From contig CAKTUS010000002.1 in the NCBI GenBank assembly GCA_934621485.1, positions 12,656 to 76,655 on the forward strand: a stretch of DNA of 64,000 nt, read 5' to 3'. Positions 1-8,237 of this stretch are shown here, piece by piece (position 1 is the stretch's first letter; the number at the start of each line of letters is the position of its first letter). The notes under the pieces were generated by a model that was not told where the DNA came from, made no database searches, and saw nothing but the letters and a program-made list of their open reading frames with translations. Source of the DNA: an uncultured Clostridia bacterium. GTDB lineage: Bacteria; Bacillota; Clostridia; Christensenellales; Aristaeellaceae. The translations under genes were made by a program, and so were the position numbers.

Positions 1-45
1 CCGGCGGCGTGTACATCGGTTTCGGCTGCCTTGCGCAGCAAGGCT

Positions 46-206
46 CAGACTGTTGAAAAAAACCTCTGCGAGAGAGTGCGTCCGTGCACACGGCTACGTT
101 TGTTCGCAGGGAAAAAGCTGTGGCATAAGGCTTAGGGGCTCCGCCCCCAAAGCCCCGGCAGGAGGCAATGCCTCCTGCGCCTCCGCTTTTTCAGCAACCT
201 GTGCCC
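46..206 (+). repeat. MITE-like core of the repeat family, forward orientation
   Basis: Terminal inverted repeats: cagactgttgaaaaa (46-60) versus tttttcagcaacctg (187-201). Bounded on both sides by tgcgcagcaaggct. Its reverse complement aligns end to end with 19702-19852. The same orientation is seen at 33429-33584. Confidence 0.65.
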
Positions 207-318
207 TGCGCAGCAAGGCTTCCTTACGCTCTTTGCCGTCCGGCGAGCCGCAGGCGAGCAGGCAAAGTACGTTTCTCGTTAAAAAAGCTCGCCGTCCGGC
301 AAGCTTTTTTGATGGTCT

Positions 319-347
319 GAAGGGGCCAAGGAAATCTTGGCCCCTTC
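319..347 (-). terminator. 12-bp perfect hairpin downstream of the CotF-like gene
   Basis: gaaggggccaag-gaaat-cttggccccttc lies directly 3' of the minus-strand gene ending at 357. There is no clean U-run, so it may be only a structural element. Confidence 0.5.
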
Positions 348-356
348 GTCACGGTT

Positions 357-602
357 TCAGGCGTTGGCAAACTTATTGCGCACCTTATCGATTTGCTGCT
401 GAGGAGCCTGCTCTGACGGATACCAGCCCTGAGCGGCCATTTTTTGGTAAATTTCGTCCTGCATGCACAGGCTTTCATCCAGGGCCTGATCAAAAGCGGT
501 GTGCACGTTCTGCGTAGCGGATTCAATGGTGCCGTGCATATACAAATCGCATACGCCCTTGGTGGTTAAAAGCAAGCTTTCCATGATTTCCTGGTCGTTC
601 AT
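357..602 (-). CDS. Coat F domain (CotF-like) spore coat protein
   Basis: The 81-aa ORF has the typical Coat_F pattern (LLLTTKGVCDLYMHGTIES...NVHTAF...DEIYQKMAAQGWYP). A GGAGG RBS lies upstream of the ATG at 602. Confidence 0.8.
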   Translation of the reverse strand: MNDQEIMESLLLTTKGVCDLYMHGTIESATQNVHTAFDQALDESLCMQDEIYQKMAAQGWYPSEQAPQQQIDKVRNKFANA

Positions 603-620
603 GCGCGCATCCTCCTTCCC

Positions 621-794
621 CTACACCAGTTGATACAGTTTTTGAAAAAGCTGCTGGTGCTGGTCAGCCAATTGATTTACATAGTTTTTCAGCTCCGGGT
701 TTTGCAGAGCCTGAGCGGCCTGACGGCACTGCGATTGCAGGAAGGTTTCGTGGCCCAGCGCATCCTCGATGTACAACAGTTCTTTGGGACTCAT
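621..794 (-). CDS. Small helical protein, probable CotF-associated spore coat partner
   Basis: Internal ATG at 794 (MSPKELLYIEDALGHE...) is preceded by GGAGGTG. It ends 19 nt before the CotF-like gene. The longer 101-aa ORF upstream of this ATG looks non-coding. Confidence 0.55.
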   Translation of the reverse strand: MSPKELLYIEDALGHETFLQSQCRQAAQALQNPELKNYVNQLADQHQQLFQKLYQLV

Positions 795-1041
795 GTTTTT
801 CACCTCCGAAAAACAGGTTTCCCCAAAAGTGGCAGAATATACATTCGCGGGGTGAAGACGCTTTGGCTTTGCCCGCCTGGTTGCAAAGGGCTTCCGGACG
901 GCGATTGAGGCTTGCTTTCGCCGCAAACAAGCGCTTCATCATAAAAAACGTTCTGCTTACGCCGTTTCCTGGCTGCTTCCATCTCGCATGCAGCTTTTCC
1001 CGCTTTGAAGCCAATATGGCCGAAGGAATATGGAAACCGTT

Positions 1042-2142
1042 TTATGGCAACGCCGGTACGGCTCGCTCAAACCAGCTGCAAATGCTGTCGTCCTTCAGCA
1101 CTTTGGACAGTCCCCGTACCGCCCAGGCCGGTTCCAGGCATTGCTTTTCCCGTCCCAGCCAGCATGGCTCAATGGACGTAATCACATCGTACGCAGCATA
1201 AACGGTATAGTCGCCAAACAGGGAATCATTTTCCACCTGAATATCCCTCGCAACCGTATTGGGCCAATAGCTTTGCGCCACGCACAGCTTGAGCACCTCC
1301 TGCCAGCTTCTCCGGGGCAGGGTGATGGCTTCCCGACTCTCCACTTCCGGCACATTCGTAATCTGAACTTCCCAAAACGTACCATTCTCCCCCACCGCGC
1401 ACTGCAACTGTGAGGCTTCGCCATACCAGCTCTCCCCAACTTTCCATCTGAACTGGCGCTGCACCGGCAAGCCGTACAGCTGATACCCTGCCGTTATCAG
1501 AATGGCATCGCCCGGCAAATTCGCATAGGCTTGCGCAATCTCCTGATACCACGTGCTGCTGTTTTGCGTTGCGCTGGAGTAAGCCAGCCAGTCATCCGCC
1601 GTATTCCGGGCGACAACCGCCGTTGACAGGTCTAAGGGAATCGCTAGCTGCTGCGCCAATTCTCTCAGCTTTTCTACGGCAAAGGCAGCGTCCTTGGTTT
1701 GATAGCCCGGCATCAACCAGGGATAGGAAAAGCCGTCGCCATCCTTTCCGTTGACGCTATACCCAATCCAACGGGATTCCCAGCCGCTTTTGTATTCGCT
1801 AAACCGATCGGCGTTTTCCTTTTGCTTCAGCGCCTCCATGGCCTCCATCAACTGTTTTTTGCTGATTTCTCGGTAGGTAACAGATAGTTTTGCCTGTTGC
1901 TCCCGTGAAAATAGGGCAGGAATGGGGCAATCGATTTTCAGTACATGCTCGTCGCCATCCTTTTGCGGAATTCCAATTTCTCCGATTAGCCGCCCGTTTT
2001 CTTCCCGGACTTTGGAAAGGTCTACCTCCTCCGGCATGCACCAAAGGGGATTACCGGTTTCATCATACGAATATGCCAGAGCGGATGCGGCGCACGCCGA
2101 TATCAGCATCAGTCCTATCATCAACACAGCCAACCGCTTCAT
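1042..2142 (-). CDS. Secreted protein or lipoprotein of unknown function, third gene of the ECF sigma operon
   Basis: Signal peptide MKRLAVLMIGLMLISACAASALA. The ATG at 2142 overlaps the anti-sigma stop codon (ATGA). An RBS GGAGGAAAAC is present. Confidence 0.7.
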   Translation of the reverse strand: MKRLAVLMIGLMLISACAASALAYSYDETGNPLWCMPEEVDLSKVREENGRLIGEIGIPQKDGDEHVLKIDCPIPALFSREQQAKLSVTYREISKKQLMEAMEALKQKENADRFSEYKSGWESRWIGYSVNGKDGDGFSYPWLMPGYQTKDAAFAVEKLRELAQQLAIPLDLSTAVVARNTADDWLAYSSATQNSSTWYQEIAQAYANLPGDAILITAGYQLYGLPVQRQFRWKVGESWYGEASQLQCAVGENGTFWEVQITNVPEVESREAITLPRRSWQEVLKLCVAQSYWPNTVARDIQVENDSLFGDYTVYAAYDVITSIEPCWLGREKQCLEPAWAVRGLSKVLKDDSICSWFERAVPALP

Positions 2143-2918
2143 TTGTTTTCCTCCTTCATCCAACTGTCCGGCGCAGGAACGGTTGCCGTCAGCAAGGTGT
2201 TTTCCAAAATGTCCGTTCCATAAACAGAAAGCGTTATGCCAACCGTTACGGTAAGGGTGCCATCCGGGTTCAACGTGGCGGTCTGAGCAGCCAGGCGTGA
2301 TAAATCACCCTCCACATAAAAGATTTCCCCCTGCTCTTGCGGCATCCAATCCTGCCGGTTCAGCAGGCGCACGCCGCCAACTTCCATATATTGGGGATTT
2401 GCCACCAGCAGCCGCTTTCCCTCCGGCAGCCATTCGTCCAGAGGAAAGCTTTTCCCCTCCCACCAGACGCGGTCCATTTGCTCGCCATCCGTTCCAAGAT
2501 CCGTTTCCGCCAGCAAGCGATACGTTTCCGGCTCTTCGGGCGACAAATGAAAGCAGATGCCCAGTCGGTTTTCTTGCTGCCACAAATCGCGCACCTCTGC
2601 ACATGCCAGGCTGCTCTCATAGCTTTGGCTGATGGGCGCCAGCACGCCCGGCTCCACCTCCGCGCTTTCGGGGCCTCCGTAGATCCTTTGCGTCAAGAAA
2701 TAAACAGCGCCAAGCTTGCTCAATGCCAGGGCTGCGCCGCACAGCAGCGCCGCGCACAACGCTGCCGCCAACAGAAAGCGTCTGGCTGAAAAGCGTTTAG
2801 GCTCTTTTCGCCCAGCGCATAGCGCCTTCATCCGCTGCTGCACCGCATTGTGGAATCCGTCCGGCGTTGGTTCAAAGGCGTCATCCAGCCTTTCGAGCAT
2901 TGCGTCATTCCATCTCAT
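2139..2918 (-). CDS. Anti-sigma factor (single-pass membrane protein)
   Basis: The short cytoplasmic N-terminus MRWNDAMLERLDDAFEP is followed by a TM helix FLLAAALCAALLCGAALAL. An ATGA overlap with the sigma factor stop lies at 2915-2918. Confidence 0.75.
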   Translation of the reverse strand: MRWNDAMLERLDDAFEPTPDGFHNAVQQRMKALCAGRKEPKRFSARRFLLAAALCAALLCGAALALSKLGAVYFLTQRIYGGPESAEVEPGVLAPISQSYESSLACAEVRDLWQQENRLGICFHLSPEEPETYRLLAETDLGTDGEQMDRVWWEGKSFPLDEWLPEGKRLLVANPQYMEVGGVRLLNRQDWMPQEQGEIFYVEGDLSRLAAQTATLNPDGTLTVTVGITLSVYGTDILENTLLTATVPAPDSWMKEENK

Positions 2919-3385
2919 TGTTCTCCCTCCTCCCATTCCGCTTTCAGCCGTAAGCGTGCCTCATGCAGGCGTGACTTTACCGTTCCTTCGGCTGCATGGG
3001 TAATTTGCGCAATTTCTGCAACCGAAAAGCCCTCCAAGTAGTGCAGCGTCAACACAAGACGCAGCTTCTCCGGCAACGCATCCAGCACTTGCCTAAGCTC
3101 CTGATTGGGAACACCCGCCTCCTGTTCTGGCATTTCCACACTCTCCATCAAAAAGAGGCGTTTTTTGCGCCGCCACCGGTTATGACATTCGTTCACCACA
3201 ATGCGCACCAGCCAGGGGCGAAACCATTCGCTCTGTGCCCGGCTGCGCTTGGCCCAGGCTTTGGTTAAAGCCTCCTGCACCACATCTTCACATTCCTGCG
3301 GCGATGAAAGCAAATTCCGGCTCACCCGGTAAAGCAAGCGTTCCATGTCCGTCACTTCCCGCAAAAAGGTTTGTTCATCTATCAT
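2915..3385 (-). CDS. ECF-type RNA polymerase sigma-70 factor
   Basis: Region 2 (DVVQEALTKAW..WLVRIVVNECHNRWRR) and region 4 HTH (LTLHYLEGFSVAEIAQITHAAEGTVKSRLHEAR) are present. The ATG at 3385 (MIDEQ) has an upstream GAGGAA. Confidence 0.9.
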   Translation of the reverse strand: MIDEQTFLREVTDMERLLYRVSRNLLSSPQECEDVVQEALTKAWAKRSRAQSEWFRPWLVRIVVNECHNRWRRKKRLFLMESVEMPEQEAGVPNQELRQVLDALPEKLRLVLTLHYLEGFSVAEIAQITHAAEGTVKSRLHEARLRLKAEWEEGEQ

Positions 3386-3432
3386 CGTTTGTTCCTCGCC
3401 TTCCGGCCGTTGCAACAAGCCTTACACTTTTA

Positions 3433-3460
3433 TAACGCACAAGTCCCCCGTCAGGTTTAC
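3433..3460 (-). promoter_or_regulatory. Possible ECF-type autoregulated promoter (GTAAAC-N17-CGTTA)
   Basis: The minus strand reads gtAAACctgacgggggacttgtgCGTTAtaa about 50 nt upstream of the sigma gene. This resembles AAC...CGT ECF promoters. It is a pattern match only. Confidence 0.3.
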
Positions 3461-3786
3461 TCGGAAAGAAATTTTGGGGAAACGCAAAAGTCAGACACGG
3501 CGGTTTGGCGTGTCTGACTCAGCCCGTTGAAAAAGCCCCTTTGGGGAAGCGGCAAAAGGCGTTCGATAAAGAAGGAACTCTCGGAAGCAAATTTGGCATC
3601 GCCGAACCATAAGGATTTCAACCATGCCAAAATCCACGAACACCCTTCGCACCCGCTTTTTCATTTGCCACTTTCTCGATACTGTGAAGTTTGGCGCAAA
3701 CTGAGGTTTCCGGTTGTCCCCAAAACTCGCCAAGCGGCGAGTTTTCTAGCGTTCTTCGACTTCACCCTGCGGGAACAGGGGCTTGT

Positions 3787-4726
3787 AAGGTCATTGCTTT
3801 CGACAAGATCGGAACGCAGACTTACGGCACACCCGAAGTCGTCGCGGTGGACAGCGTTTCCAAAAACTATGAAAAAGAAGAGATTTACCGGCTGGCTGCC
3901 TCTGCGGAGCAGTTTTCCGAGCATCCGCTGGGCAAAGCCATTGTGAGTTGCAGCCAGAACAACGGCGTGGAACTGGCCGCAGAGGAAGGCTTTGAAATGA
4001 TCCCGGGCCGGGGCGTATGCGCGCGTATTGAGGGAAAAAGCGTTCTGGCCGGCAACCCGGAACTGCTGCGGGAGCATGGTGTTGAAATTGCTTCCCTACC
4101 GAGCGTGGAAACTCATATCCGGCAGGGATGCACCGTGACGTATGTGGCGGTCGACGGGGGATTCGCCGGATTCCTGGCCCTGTCCGATACGCTGCGAAGG
4201 GAAAGCGCGGCAACCATCACCTCCCTATCCGGTCTTGGCGTACAGCCTGTGCTGCTCACCGGCGACCATGAAAACGCCGCGAAGGCCATTGCCGAAAAGC
4301 TACGCATCCATGAGGTACGTGCAAACTGCCTGCCGGAAGATAAGCTGAAATTCATCGGCGAATACCAGGCCAAGGAAATGCCCGTGTGCATGATTGGCGA
4401 CGGCGTGAACGACGTCCCGGCGCTGAAAAAAGCAGATGTGGGTATCGCCATGGGCGGCGTTGGTAGCGACATCGCCGTGGACACGGCCGACATTGCGCTG
4501 GTGGACGACAAAGTTAAAGAACTGCCGCACCCTGTTGCGCTGTCCAAGCGAATGATGACTACCATCAAGCTGAACATGGCCTTTTTCCATGACGCTGAAC
4601 TTTATCGCCATTGCGCTGGCCATTCTCGGAACGCTGAACCCCGTTGTCGGTGCGCTGGTTCACAACGCAGGCTCCGTGCTTGTCATCACAAACTCTGCTT
4701 TCTTATTAAAATGGAAGAAAAAATAG
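3787..4726 (+). pseudogene. Remnant of a heavy-metal P1B-type ATPase (N-terminal half missing, one frameshift)
   Basis: Homology begins at the phosphorylation loop, which reads FDKIGTQT instead of FDKTGTLT. The hinge motifs MIGDGVNDVPAL and VGIAMG are present. The frame breaks near 4580, and the C-terminal TM segment (MTLNFIAIALAILGTLNPVVGALVHNAGSVLVITNSAFLLKWKKK*) continues in another frame to the tag at 4724-4726. Confidence 0.8.
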
Positions 4727-4766
4727 GGAAAAAAAGTACCAGCCTTTGTATCAAAAGCTGGTACTT
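4727..4766 (-). terminator. Rho-independent terminator after the tRNA-Ser pair
   Basis: On the minus strand: aagtaccagc-13 nt loop-gctggtactt followed by TTTTTTT. Confidence 0.8.
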
Positions 4767-4770
4767 ATTA

Positions 4771-4862
4771 TGGCGGAGAAGCCGGGATTTGAACCCGGGC
4801 GGCACTTATCGCACCCTACTCCCTTAGCAGGGGAGCCCCTTCGGCCACTTGGGTACTTCTCC
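4771..4862 (-). tRNA. tRNA-Ser (anticodon GCU)
   Basis: Reverse complement is GGAGAAGTACCCAAGTGGCCGAAGGGGCTCCCCTGCTAAGGGAG...GGGTTCAAATCCCGGCTTCTCCGCCA. Anticodon loop is CTGCTAA. It has a long variable arm, and the acceptor GGAGAAG pairs with CTTCTCC. CCA is encoded. Confidence 0.9.
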
Positions 4863-4886
4863 ACGTGAACGGTATATATAAAATTC

Positions 4887-4975
4887 TGGCGGAGAGAGAG
4901 GGATTCGAACCCCCGGTGCCTTTCAGCATCACTGGTTTTCAAGACCAGCGCCTTCAACCGCTCGGCCATCTCTCC
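4887..4975 (-). tRNA. tRNA-Ser (anticodon UGA)
   Basis: Reverse complement is GGAGAGATGGCCGAGCGGTTGAAGGCGCTGGTCTTGAAAACCAG...GGGGGTTCGAATCCCTCTCTCTCCGCCA. Anticodon loop is CTTGAAA. It has a long variable arm. CCA is encoded. Confidence 0.9.
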
Positions 4976-4996
4976 ATGTCAGAACCAGCGTTGTTA

Positions 4997-5025
4997 ATTA
5001 TAACAGATCATTGCTCATTCGTCAA
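4997..5025 (-). promoter_or_regulatory. Sigma-A type promoter of the tRNA-Ser operon
   Basis: Minus strand reads TTGACG-17 nt-TATAAT, ending about 20 nt upstream of the first tRNA. Confidence 0.7.
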
Positions 5026-5520
5026 TCATTTTTTGAAAATTATCCGTTTTTTCTTTGCAACGTTCCAATTCACATTGGGCATAAAGGCGGAGTATGTACG
5101 AACAGCAGTTTTGAACTTGCCAACCGCTTCTCACCATCCAAAGGTGGAATCAAAGCGCTTTTGGAACAAACCATCCTTGCCTGGGCGTCCGCCGCAAGCT
5201 GATTCGGCCCTATGTTCCCGTCATAATGGCGAAGCGGAACGCAGCCATCAGAAAGACCAGAAGCGCTTCTACGGCTCCCCTCGTTTTACTGCGCAAGAAA
5301 CTTGATAAGCATCTGGCTTACCCAACGAGGTCGCAGCAACGCTCCTCATGCGTCCTCTTTTTGGCTTTCTAATCTTCAACGCCTACAAATAGTCTCCGAC
5401 TTTCTTCAGCCTCATCCCTTCCGCACGCCTATGGAACATAATCCCATAGGCTAAAGCCGCTTTGCTGAAAACAATTGTGAAAACTTTGACAAAAAAATAC
5501 CGTCAGGCAAACCTCTCCCC

Positions 5521-5549
5521 TTGAAAAGCCCCCACCCATATTGTATAAT
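5521..5549 (+). promoter_or_regulatory. Sigma-A type promoter of the SDR gene
   Basis: TTGAAA-17 nt-TATAAT lies about 30 nt upstream of the RBS AAGGAGA and the ATG at 5582. Confidence 0.65.
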
Positions 5550-5581
5550 AACAGTGGTTTCAAAACAAAGGAGATGGATTT

Positions 5582-6382
5582 ATGGGCTTTTTGACTGGAA
5601 AAACAGCAATTATTACGGGCGGCGGACGCGCTGTACTGGAAAACGGCGGCTGCGGCTCCATCGGCTATGGCATTGCCACCGCGTATGCAAAAGAGGGTGC
5701 AAACCTGGTGTTAACCGGCCGGAATATGCAAAAGCTGGAAGACGCCAAGGAAGAACTGGAACGCTTGTATCACATAAAGGTGCTGCCCGTTCAGGCGGAT
5801 ATCTCCGCAGGCGCGGACAATGAATCCATTGCTAAGCAAGTGGTAAAAGAAGCCATTGACACCTTCGGCCATATTGATGTGCTGATTAACAATGCTCAGG
5901 CTTCCGCGTCCGGCGTTACGCTGGCGGATCATACCACCGAGCAGTTTAATCTGGCGCTGTACTCCGGTTTGTACGCGGCTTTCTATTACATGAAGGCTTG
6001 CTATCCTTATTTGAAGGAAACCAAGGGCTCGGTCATCAACTTTGCCTCCGGCGCCGGGCTGTTTGGCAATTATGGTCAATGCGCCTATGCCGCCACCAAG
6101 GAAGGCATCCGCGGTTTGAGCCGTGTGGCCGCTACCGAGTGGGGCCGCGACGGTATCAACGTAAACGTGGTTTGCCCGCTGGCTTGGACGGCGCAATTGG
6201 AAAAATTTGAAAAAGCCTATCCCGATGCTTTCAAAGCCAATGTGAAAATGCCTCCCATGGGACACTATGGCGACGCCGAAAAGGAAATTGGCCGTGTGTG
6301 CGTGCAGCTGGCCTCTCCCGATTTCAAGTATATGAGCGGCGAAACCATCACGCTGGAAGGCGGCATGGGTTTACGCCCGTAA
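5582..6382 (+). CDS. SDR family oxidoreductase
   Basis: Rossmann motif TGGGRAV...GSIGYGIA, NNAQ, and the catalytic YxxxK (YAATKEG). Confidence 0.9.
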   Translation: MGFLTGKTAIITGGGRAVLENGGCGSIGYGIATAYAKEGANLVLTGRNMQKLEDAKEELERLYHIKVLPVQADISAGADNESIAKQVVKEAIDTFGHIDVLINNAQASASGVTLADHTTEQFNLALYSGLYAAFYYMKACYPYLKETKGSVINFASGAGLFGNYGQCAYAATKEGIRGLSRVAATEWGRDGINVNVVCPLAWTAQLEKFEKAYPDAFKANVKMPPMGHYGDAEKEIGRVCVQLASPDFKYMSGETITLEGGMGLRP

Positions 6383-6394
6383 CGCCCCTTTTGT

Positions 6395-6421
6395 GAAGCT
6401 GCGGTTTGAAACCGCAGCTTC
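6395..6421 (+). terminator. Hairpin terminator after the SDR gene
   Basis: gaagctgcgg-tttgaaa-ccgcagcttc lies 12 nt after the stop. The U-run is weak. Confidence 0.6.
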
Positions 6422-6636
6422 ATTCATATAAATGCCGCAAGCCTCAGGGAAAGAAGCTCGCCAGTCAGCGATCTTTTTCGCCAGAAACTGTCGGTACTGT
6501 TTTCGGTGTAACCGAGAACGCCCCGTCCACCGGCCAGGCTGGTCGATACGAAGAAGTCAGGGAAGCAGTTGCCTCTCTGACAACTCCCTGAAAATGGTTT
6601 TGCGACAGTCTGAAGTTCGCCCGATAGGCGAGCTTT

Positions 6637-6861
6637 CAGTTTGTCAAAAAACGGAGGAGCAGAAGGCAGAGCGCAGTTCAATCGCCGGGAGAACAACTGT
6701 CGTGGCGCTTCCTGGTTTCGCGCCCAACCTGTGGGTCGCTAACTGCCTATGGCGGTTGTACCCGCTGGATACCTGTTTTTTTCCGGCACCGGCCGGGGTT
6801 TTAGGTCGGATACTCTAAGCCGTCTTCTGCCGCAGCTCTTTTCCCGCGTAACAACGTAGCC
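6637..6861 (-). repeat. Interrupted copy of the MITE-like core, reverse orientation
   Basis: 6637-6676 cagtttgtcaaaaaacggaggagcagaaggcagagcgcag matches the start of 19702-19745. 6795-6861 ggggttttaggtcgga..ctaagccgtcttctgccgcagctcttttcccgcgtaacaacgtagcc matches the reverse complement of about 92-155. Roughly 110 bp of extra sequence lies between them. Confidence 0.55.
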
Positions 6862-6970
6862 AGGTTCGCGGATGCAAACGCTCTTATTAGGATTTCTTGG
6901 GCAGACTGACGGAACCGAAAGCACCACACCCGCTTGGGTACCGCGCACAGCAAGGGAAACTGCTGCATTG

Positions 6971-7016
6971 GCCGACCGCAGGTCAGACAGGCTATACGAT
7001 TTCAGTCAGGGGGCCG
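6971..7016 (+). repeat. Repeat module gccRaccgcaggtcagNcaggcKatacgMtttcRgtcagRggg
   Basis: gccgaccgcaggtcagacaggctatacgatttcagtcagggggccg versus 33090-33136 gccaaccgcaggtcagccaggcgatacgctttcgtcagagggagccg, in the same orientation. Confidence 0.7.
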
Positions 7017-7247
7017 CCTCTCTCTGACCGCGTCCCAGCATAAATGATTTGACAGTCTGGAAGCTCGCCTGGTTGGCGCGCTTCTTTTTTGATACATCCG
7101 CTGCAAATCCTGCTAAAGTATTACAAAAGCTCTTGTTCCCCCATCTTCGGCAAAGCCTGTCAGGAAAACCTTTCAAACAGCGATATTTTCCTCCTCCCCT
7201 TTCTGGCAAAACAGATTGATGTCAGGCTAAGGGAAAAGGGGGGCTCT

Positions 7248-8237
7248 TTATCGTTCTTCACGGAAGAAATTGCTGCCGCTGCCGGCAGGCGCGTTTTCGC
7301 CTTTGTTTTGGCTGCGCCCGGATAGGATCAGGGTAATCAAGGTCATAACGTAAGGCAGCATCATCAGCAATGCTTCGCAGTTATCCGGCAAAAAGCTGAG
7401 CTTGATATGCAGGTATAGCCGAAGCAGAATTCCAAAAACCAGGGACCCGCCAATCGCCTTGAGCGGATTCCATTTTGCAAAAATCACCAGTGCAACGGCC
7501 AGCCACCCCTGGCCGCCAATGAGATTGTACTCCCACTTTCCGCCTACATTCATGCAAATAAACAGGCCCGCCAGCCCCATCATGGCGCCGCCGATGATGG
7601 AGGCAAGATAGCGGTATCCCGTGATGCTGATTCCCATAGCATCCGCAGCTTTCGGGTTTTCCCCAACGGCGCGCAGATGCAGGCCCGGCCTGGTTTTGTT
7701 GAAGAAAAACCACAGGCCAAACGCAAGCGCAACGCCTGCAATCACAAAGAAATTCATGCCGCTCAGCAGTTTGTCCAGGTAGTAATGAAACGGAATGGTT
7801 TCTTCTGTGCCGATGGAAAGCCCCTGATCCAGGCCCGAAAACAGGCTCATCACCGTGCTGTTGAAGCGTGCGGTCGTTTTGGCCGTCTTGGCGGAATTGT
7901 TGATGAAAGCGCCCATCATGTTGCATACGCCTCCACCCAGAATACTGATGCTCAAGCCTGTAATGAGCTGGTTTGCCTTCAGGGTAACCGTCATGAAGCT
8001 GTAGATCAGGCAGCACAGCATGCCTGCAAGGATGGCGGCAAGCACCGTTAAAGCAATGCTGCCGGTATAAAACCCAGCCGCCAGCGCGGCAACGGCTGAA
8101 ACGCCCATAACGCCCTCTACGCCCATGTTCAGGCTGCCGGATTTTTCCGTCAGGATTTCTCCCAACGTACCCAGCAGCAGCGGCGCTCCGGCCTTAACGC
8201 CGGCGGCAAGAAGCGCAATCAGAACATATCCCGTCAT
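7248..8237 (-). CDS. ABC transporter permease (BMP/nucleoside-type importer, second permease)
   Basis: Polytopic 329-aa protein typical of the YufQ/NupQ-like permeases that accompany BMP lipoproteins. ATGA overlap with the upstream permease. Confidence 0.85.
   Translation of the reverse strand: MTGYVLIALLAAGVKAGAPLLLGTLGEILTEKSGSLNMGVEGVMGVSAVAALAAGFYTGSIALTVLAAILAGMLCCLIYSFMTVTLKANQLITGLSISILGGGVCNMMGAFINNSAKTAKTTARFNSTVMSLFSGLDQGLSIGTEETIPFHYYLDKLLSGMNFFVIAGVALAFGLWFFFNKTRPGLHLRAVGENPKAADAMGISITGYRYLASIIGGAMMGLAGLFICMNVGGKWEYNLIGGQGWLAVALVIFAKWNPLKAIGGSLVFGILLRLYLHIKLSFLPDNCEALLMMLPYVMTLITLILSGRSQNKGENAPAGSGSNFFREER

Larger units (their letters stand above)
1..347 (+). repeat. Composite intergenic repeat, copy 1 (left edge cut by the window start)
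   Basis: Collinear with 19657-19960. Shared left flank ccggcggcRtgtacRtcggtttcggc. The near-palindrome tgcgcagcaaggct occurs at 32-45 and 207-220. Shared right-flank modules are ctctttgccg..ccgcag..aggcaaag and tttttgaYggtctgaRaagggg. Internal hairpins are ggggc-tcc-gcccc and gcaggaggc-aat-gcctcctgc. Confidence 0.75.

Noticed and set aside
53-517. ORFs spanning the intergenic repeats that share peptide strings such as CGIRLRGSxPKxPAG. They are 53-517, 224-526, 16870-17607, 19595-19825, 19701-20054, 33124-33561 and 33449-33802.
   Set aside because: The similarity is at the DNA level. Indels between copies shift the reading frame, the copies occur in both orientations, and no RBS or start context is present. 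I treated them as non-coding repeats.
3419-4975. An integrated mobile element or genomic island at the tRNA-Ser genes.
   Set aside because: No integrase, excisionase, transposase or duplicated tRNA 3' end could be identified. Only the ATPase relic and repeat hairpins are present, so the idea is at most a speculative scar and is mentioned under the pseudogene finding.
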